From Deltaproteobacteria bacterium (lineage in GTDB: Bacteria > Desulfobacterota > SM23-61): a DNA stretch of 32,079 bases. The notes below the pieces were generated by a model. It did no database searches and was not told the origin of the DNA. It saw only the letters and a list, made by a program, of their open reading frames with translations. This document shows, piece after piece, positions 27,131 through 32,079 of this stretch; position 1 is the first letter of the stretch; each line of letters begins with the position of its first letter. The stretch spans positions 1 through 32,079 of the forward strand of contig JAPLIW010000424.1 in NCBI GenBank assembly GCA_026388915.1, given 5' to 3'. A program made the position numbers and the translations under genes.

Positions 27131-27226
27131 CCTCAAGCGAAGCGCTCCTCAACTCACGCCCATGGCGTGACGCTCCTCGAGTCCCGCCTCAGGCGGGACG
27201 GTCCTCAAGACCCGAAGGGTCGGTCC
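27131..27226. repeat. Array of four (T)CCTCR hexamers, each followed by a different mini-hairpin
   Basis: cctca[agcgaagcgc]tcctca[actcacgcccatggcgtgacgc]tcctcg[agtcccgcctcaggcgggacgg]tcctca[agacccgaagggtcgg]tcc. Confidence 0.85.
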
Positions 27227-27244
27227 ATTTCTATTCCGCATTCT

Positions 27245-28048
27245 CTAGAACTTCATCCCTGGAAGGTTCAGGGAAGCGGTGTTGCCGCCGTCCACCGGAA
27301 GGGACTGGCCGGTTATGTAGCTGGCCTCGTCGCTGGCCAAAAACAAAATGGCACGAGCGACCTCTTCGGGTCGGCCGTAGCGCCGCAGCTCACAGCGACT
27401 GCCCAGTTTGCCAAACTTGCCCCTCTGGCGGGCCAGCTCAAAGATAGGCCGGGTCATCCCCGTTTCGATCAGGCCCGGGCAGACCGCGTTGACCCGGATA
27501 TTATAGCCGCCCAGGTCGCAGGCGGCCGTTTGAGTAAAGTTGATCAAGGCGGCCTTGCTGGCGCTGTAGGCGTTCGTCCCCGCACCGGATCGGATCCCGG
27601 CAACCGAGGCCGTGTTCACGATGGAACCGGTCTCCCTTTCCTTCATGTGCCTGGCGGCGTATTTCGTCGCATAAACCGCCCCCAGCACATTCACGGAGTA
27701 AACTTTGTGCCAGTCGTCCCCGTCCTCGTGTTCCAGATCTGCCAGCGCCCCGGTAATCCCGGCATTGTTGCAAAGAATATCGGTTTGGGAATAATTTTTT
27801 AGGGCCAGGTCGATCAATTCCTTCACTTCGGCTTCCCTGGCGACATCGGTCTTTTTGATAATTCCCTCGCCATTTTCCTTCTGCACTAGGACCATGGTTC
27901 TTTTCAACCCCTCTTCGTTGACATCGGCCAAAACCAGCCTGGCTCCTTCCCGGGCAAAAAGAACCGCTGCAGCCTGCCCGATGCCGTCGGCCGCCCCCGT
28001 AATAATGGCCACCTTCCCTTCCAGACGCCCTTTTCGCTCCCGGCCCAT
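27245..28048 (-). CDS. Short-chain dehydrogenase/reductase (probably NAD-preferring)
   Basis: TGAADGIG, Asp at the end of beta-2 (LADV), NNAG, catalytic YSASK, IRVNAVCPG and ITGQ...VDGG. Confidence 0.93.
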   Translation of the reverse strand: MGRERKGRLEGKVAIITGAADGIGQAAAVLFAREGARLVLADVNEEGLKRTMVLVQKENGEGIIKKTDVAREAEVKELIDLALKNYSQTDILCNNAGITGALADLEHEDGDDWHKVYSVNVLGAVYATKYAARHMKERETGSIVNTASVAGIRSGAGTNAYSASKAALINFTQTAACDLGGYNIRVNAVCPGLIETGMTRPIFELARQRGKFGKLGSRCELRRYGRPEEVARAILFLASDEASYITGQSLPVDGGNTASLNLPGMKF

Positions 28049-28054
28049 GACTAT

Positions 28055-28149
28055 CTACCTCCCTTCAAACCGCGGGGATCGTTTTTCATGGAAAGCCTGC
28101 AACCCTTCCTGATGGTTCCGGGTCAGGCGGCAGAGGACCTAGCGTTCAT
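28055..28149 (-). pseudogene. Enoyl-CoA hydratase/isomerase deletion remnant
   Basis: 28138-28055 reads VLCRLTRNHQEGLQAFHEKRSPRFEGR*, the crotonase C-terminal EG..AF.EKR.P.F.GR signature. An out-of-frame ATG at 28149 follows the upstream SDR stop. Confidence 0.75.
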
Positions 28150-28153
28150 CCCT

Positions 28154-28909
28154 TCACAAAATGCCCCCGTCCATGTGGATGATCTTGCCGGTGATGTAGG
28201 AGGCTTTGTCGGAGGCGAGGAATACGGCGAGGTGGCCAAGGTCTTCCGGGTTGGCGATTCTTCCCAGGGGGGTCAGCTTCAACCGGGCCTTCACCACCTC
28301 TTCCCCCATGGCCTTCATGAGCCGGTCGCCCATGTCGGTCTTGACGATGCCGGGGGCGATGGCGTTGACCCGGATGCCCCGGGGCCCCTCTTCCTTGGCG
28401 AGAACTTTGGTGAACGCTTCCAATCCGGCCTTGGAAACGGCATAAGGAGAATGTCCCGCCTGCAGAATGCTGGCGGCGATGGAAGAGATGTTGATGATGT
28501 TCCCCTTTTTATTCCGGTGCATGTATTCCAGGACGGTTTTGGAGCAGAAGAAGGCCGCGTTGAGGTTAGTGGAAAGGACACGGCTCCATTCCTCCACCTC
28601 TGTCTTTTCCACGAAGTTTCCGCGGGAGGCGATCCCCGCGCTGTTTACCAGAATGTCGATCCGGGCGAAGGCCCGGAATGCCTGCCTCATCAAATCCTGG
28701 GCAGCGTCAAAGTTCGACACGTCCCCTCGCACGGCGATTGCCTTTCGGCCCATGCCTTGGATCCGGCTGACCGTTTCTTCCGCTGCCTTTTCATCCTTCC
28801 GGTAATTGATCGCCAGATCCGCACCGGCTTCAGCCAGCGCCAGAGCGATTCCCCTTCCGATTCCCCGGGACCCGCCGGTGACCACAGCAACCTGTCCGAG
28901 CAATTCCAT
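28154..28909 (-). CDS. FabG-like short-chain dehydrogenase/reductase (probably NADP-preferring)
   Basis: TGGSRGIG, INYRK, NSAG, YAVSK, GIRVNAIAPG and DGG. Confidence 0.93.
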   Translation of the reverse strand: MELLGQVAVVTGGSRGIGRGIALALAEAGADLAINYRKDEKAAEETVSRIQGMGRKAIAVRGDVSNFDAAQDLMRQAFRAFARIDILVNSAGIASRGNFVEKTEVEEWSRVLSTNLNAAFFCSKTVLEYMHRNKKGNIINISSIAASILQAGHSPYAVSKAGLEAFTKVLAKEEGPRGIRVNAIAPGIVKTDMGDRLMKAMGEEVVKARLKLTPLGRIANPEDLGHLAVFLASDKASYITGKIIHMDGGIL

Positions 28910-28933
28910 TTTTCTTATGCTCCCCGTTGAGTT

Positions 28934-29164
28934 AAATCCGAATATCGAATTTCGAAATCCGAAACAGATTCAAGGAATATTTTTCTCGCAGAGCCCGCAG
29001 GGATCGCAGAGAAGACCCGCAACTCAATAACCGCTTATATCCTGGCCATTATCTTGGCATTGTATTTAGAAAAATATTTCTGTTTTCCCTATGGCCTCTG
29101 CGGCCTCTAGCGAAGCGGGCGAGAGAAAAGCCTTTGTCTTTTTCGGGTTTCGAGTTTAGGGATT
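28934..29164. repeat. Nested repeat elements: heptamer arms outside, nonamer arms inside
   Basis: Outer arms are aaatccg aatatcg aatttcg aaatccg aaac (28934-28965) and degenerate tttcgggtttcgagtttagggatt (29141-29164). Inner arms are tctcgcagagcccgcagggatcgcagagaa (within 28981-29013) and 29085-29129. Confidence 0.75.
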
Positions 29165-29181
29165 GCGCCCTATGCGGTTTA

Positions 29182-29583
29182 TCAGCTTTTCGGATTTATA
29201 TGGGTCTTCACCCATTCGATGATATCTTCGGTGGAAGCTCCGGGGGTGAAGACCGCCTGAATTCCCTGTTCTTTCAGCCAGGCGATGTCATCCCGGGGAA
29301 TGACCCCTCCCCCAAAGACCTGGATGTCTCCCGACTGCTGGTCTCTTAATAATTCCACAACCGCCGGGAAAAGAACCCGATGGGCTCCGGAGAGGAGACT
29401 CAGCCCGACGGCATCCACGTCTTCCTGGATGGCCGCGGAAACGATCTGTTCCGGCGTCTGGTGGAGGCCGGTGTAAACAACTTCAAATCCTGCATCCCGT
29501 AAGGCCCGGGCCACCACCTTGGCCCCCCGGTCGTGCCCGTCCAGGCCGGGCTTGGCGATCAGAATCCGTATCTTCCGTTCCAT
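29182..29583 (-). CDS. Cobalamin-binding small subunit of an acyl-CoA mutase (IcmB / MCM C-terminal type)
   Basis: [13 protein letters not shown] (DxHxxG), LSLLSGAH and GGGVIP. ATG 29583 follows a GGAGG RBS. Confidence 0.95.
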   Translation of the reverse strand: MERKIRILIAKPGLDGHDRGAKVVARALRDAGFEVVYTGLHQTPEQIVSAAIQEDVDAVGLSLLSGAHRVLFPAVVELLRDQQSGDIQVFGGGVIPRDDIAWLKEQGIQAVFTPGASTEDIIEWVKTHINPKS

Positions 29584-29603
29584 CTCTCCTCCAGACAAAA
29601 ACG

Positions 29604-29656
29604 TTCACCACAAAGGCACAGAGAACTCTCTGTGTCCTCTGTGCCTCTGTGGTGAA
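29604..29656. repeat. Nonamer-repeat hairpin between the mutase subunit genes
   Basis: ttcaccacaaaggcacagag ... ctctgtgtc ctctgtgc ctctgtggtgaa; same family as 12315-12470. Confidence 0.85.
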
Positions 29657-29662
29657 AAGCTT

Positions 29663-31339
29663 TTAAAACATCCCCGGGTCGCGGTAGGTCCCGAAGACCT
29701 CCCGGAAGACATCGCAGATCTCTTGAAGGGTGGCGTATTCCTTGACTGCCGCCAGGATAGTGGGCATCAGATTCTCCGACCCTTTGGAGGCTTTCTTCAG
29801 TTCCACCAGGCAGGCTTGCACCCGGGCATTGTTCCGGGTCCGTTTCACTTCTTTGAGCCGCCCAATCTGCTTCTCTTCCACTTCCGGGTCGATCTTCAGG
29901 TATTCCAGGGGCTTTTCCTCATCCACCTGGTACTTGTTCACCCCCACCACGATCTTTTCTTTCCGCTCGACCTGCTTCTGGTAGGCATAGGCCGCATTGG
30001 CGATTTCCTGCTGCGGATAGCCAAGTTCGATGGCCCGGACGATTCCGCCCAGCTCATCGATCTTGTTGATATACTTCAGCGCCTCTTCTTCCATTTTGTT
30101 CGTCAAAGCTTCCACGAAATAGGACCCCCCCAGGGGATCGATAGTATGGGTGACCCCGGTCTCTTCGGCAATGACCTGTTGCGTCCGCAGCGCGATCGTC
30201 GCGGCCATCTCCGTGGGAACCGCGTATACCTCGTCCAGCGAGTTGGTATGGAGCGATTGGGTCCCCCCCAGGACCGCGGCCAGAGCCTCCATGGTAGTGC
30301 GGATCACGTTGTTGTAGGGCTGCTGGGCGGTCAGGGAGCACCCTGCGGTCTGGGTGTGGAAGCGGAGCATCCAGGAACGGGGGTTTTGGGCCTTGAACCG
30401 TTCCCGCATGATTTTGGCCCATATTCTCCGGGCAGCCCGGTACTTGGCGATCTCTTCGAAGAAGTCGATGTGCGAGTTGAAGAAAAACGAGAGACGGCCG
30501 GCAAAATCATCCACCTTCAGGCCTCTTCCGATGCAGGCTTGCACATATCCGATCCCATCCGCCAGGGTGAAGGCAAGCTCCTGCACGGCGGTCGAGCCGG
30601 CCTCCCGGATGTGGTAGCCGCTGATGCTGATGGTATTCCACTTGGGAACTTCACGAGTGCAATACTCCACCGTATCCACAATGAGCCGGACGGAAGGCCG
30701 CGGGGGGAGCATGAAGGTCTTCTGGGCGATGAATTCCTTGAGCATGTCGTTCTGGATCGTACCGCCGATCTCTTTTTTGCTGACCCCCTGTTTTTCCGCC
30801 ACGGCGATGTACATGGCCAGGAGGATCGCCGCCGGGGGGTTGATGGTCATGGAGGTGGTCACTTTATCCAGGGGGATTCCGTCAAAGAGGATCTCCATGT
30901 CCTTCAGGGTGTCGATGGCCACACCGCACTGCCCCACCTCCCCCCTGGAACGGGGGCTGTCGGAGTCATACCCCATCAGCGTTGGATAATGAAAAGCCAC
31001 GGAAAGGCCGGTCTGCCCCTGGGAGAGGAGGTACTTGTACCTCCGGTTGGTGTCTTCCGCGCTCCCGAAACCGGAGAACATCCTCATCGTCCATAGCCGT
31101 CCCCGGTACATGGAAGCCTGCACCCCGCGGGTATAGGGATACTGGCTGGGAAATCCGATGTCCCGCATAAAATCCATCCGGCCGATATCCTCCGGACTAT
31201 AGAGCTTATCGATCTCCAGGTCTGAAACCGTGGAAAACCTGGACAGCCGTTCCGGGCTCTGCTTCAGCGAAGGCTGGTAGCATTCCTTCTCCCAGGATTC
31301 CTTGGCTTTCACGCTACCTTTGAGTTTCCTGTCCACCAC
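29663..31339 (-). CDS. Adenosylcobalamin-dependent acyl-CoA mutase large subunit, isobutyryl-CoA mutase (IcmA)-type
   Basis: YPYTRG...[59 protein letters not shown] and DPLGGSY. No B12 domain. Confidence 0.93.
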   Translation of the reverse strand: MVDRKLKGSVKAKESWEKECYQPSLKQSPERLSRFSTVSDLEIDKLYSPEDIGRMDFMRDIGFPSQYPYTRGVQASMYRGRLWTMRMFSGFGSAEDTNRRYKYLLSQGQTGLSVAFHYPTLMGYDSDSPRSRGEVGQCGVAIDTLKDMEILFDGIPLDKVTTSMTINPPAAILLAMYIAVAEKQGVSKKEIGGTIQNDMLKEFIAQKTFMLPPRPSVRLIVDTVEYCTREVPKWNTISISGYHIREAGSTAVQELAFTLADGIGYVQACIGRGLKVDDFAGRLSFFFNSHIDFFEEIAKYRAARRIWAKIMRERFKAQNPRSWMLRFHTQTAGCSLTAQQPYNNVIRTTMEALAAVLGGTQSLHTNSLDEVYAVPTEMAATIALRTQQVIAEETGVTHTIDPLGGSYFVEALTNKMEEEALKYINKIDELGGIVRAIELGYPQQEIANAAYAYQKQVERKEKIVVGVNKYQVDEEKPLEYLKIDPEVEEKQIGRLKEVKRTRNNARVQACLVELKKASKGSENLMPTILAAVKEYATLQEICDVFREVFGTYRDPGMF

Positions 31340-31391
31340 CTCTCCCTCCGTTCTACCGCCTGCTCATTTCTCTTACGCTCTGCCCTATGCT

Positions 31392-31736
31392 CTATGCGCG
31401 AGGTGTCTTTTCAATATCGGAAACGCCCCCGGGACGAATGACCAGGCTGGCTTTCGAATTCTTTCGAATTTCTTCTCTTTCCGCGCAGGCCGTGGGGCAC
31501 CCGTTGATGGCCATAAGAAGATCCGACTCTCCCTCCCAGGAAACCCATCGGGCTTCAGCCAATTCCTCCCGGATTTTCCGGGCCACCTCTCCCCGTTCGA
31601 TGAGGGGGTTGCACCCGCCGCAGAATTTGATCGCCAGCCGGGGAGTGAACCTTCCTCCCCTGCCCTCTGTTTCCTCTTCCAGCCAATTGCGGACCCGCTG
31701 GACGGCTTCCCTGGCCAGTTTCTCTTCTTCGCTCAA
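31392..31736 (-). CDS. Small Cys-motif hypothetical protein (KFCGGCNP ... GCPTAC)
   Basis: Four clustered cysteines in two motifs; co-oriented 52 bp upstream of the mutase. TTG start is uncertain. Confidence 0.7.
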   Translation of the reverse strand: MSEEEKLAREAVQRVRNWLEEETEGRGGRFTPRLAIKFCGGCNPLIERGEVARKIREELAEARWVSWEGESDLLMAINGCPTACAEREEIRKNSKASLVIRPGGVSDIEKTPRA

Positions 31737-31861
31737 CCTGAAAGCTTATCTCTTTGCTTATTCCCCCTCCCCCTGGATGAGGGAGGTTTAGGGATAAGTA
31801 AAAAATTGAAACTCCTTGCTGAAACGATCAAAACGAGGGCAATCAAGGTGCCTACCTTCAT

Positions 31862-31979
31862 CTTTTGGAGTGCGCCGGCAGGACGGCGCTTTTCCGAGGC
31901 CAACGGGCTGGTCCGTTCTCTGGCTGGCGCGACGTGTCGCGCCTCCTGAAAGCGGCGACCCGTCGCCGCACTCCAAAAG
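31862..31979. repeat. Inverted REP doublet (REPIN-like, GGAG type)
   Basis: cttttggagtgcg-ccg..cgg-cgcttt ... aaagcggcgac-cc-gtcgccgcactccaaaag. The 13-bp termini are perfectly inverted and each half is itself a hairpin. Confidence 0.75.
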
Positions 31980-32079
31980 CCTATGCTCTCCGCTCTCTGC
32001 TTCTTTATTTCTGGTAGTCGTAGAACCCTTTGCCGGTTTTTCTGCCGAAATGGCCGGCCCGGACAATCTTCCTGAGGAG

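Noticed and set aside
27131-27226. CRISPR array
   Set aside because: The constant unit is only 6 bp, the variable parts are 10-22 nt palindromes, and there are no cas genes. Reported instead as a distinct array type.
29519-31096. 525-aa plus-strand ORF and similar long antisense ORFs (3443-4423, 7323-8306, 24275-25396, 28088-28930)
   Set aside because: These are shadow frames opposite well-conserved genes, expected with GC-rich codon usage, and carry no motifs.
31788-32066. 92-aa minus-strand ORF
   Set aside because: It runs across the REP doublet and has no motifs.

Overview
Core chromosomal DNA from a GC-rich, probably anaerobic bacterium. The pilB/pilC, pgpA-cinA-thpR-recA-recX-alaS, bamD and split B12-mutase content suggests Desulfobacterota ('deltaproteobacteria'); this is inference. 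Left to right: a selenium-dependent molybdenum-hydroxylase accessory cluster (yqeB, xdhC, an in-frame mocA'-'yqeC chimera), a cupin, two PLP aminotransferases, a 28-bp XerC/XerD dif site (5904-5931), a transposase-less IS200-like element with highly structured cargo, and a polar amino-acid ABC transporter. Next come a decayed islet beside tRNA-Met (DUF72 pseudogene, ywbE, yaiI, RAYT stub), ttcA, a hydrolase, rsmA, DUF2062, tsaD and pilC-pilB. The window ends with the recA/alaS operon, bamD, two SDRs around an enoyl-CoA hydratase deletion scar, and a two-subunit acyl-CoA mutase with isobutyryl-CoA-mutase-type residues. The most unusual signal is non-coding. Most of the larger intergenic gaps hold short-period (7-10 bp) repeat hairpins or REP-like palindromes, sometimes nested. 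At 27131-27226 four hexamer repeats each carry a different triloop mini-hairpin of shared format, and a near-identical 10-nt unit is visibly inserted elsewhere (29109-29118). All calls come from motif recognition by eye; no searches were run.
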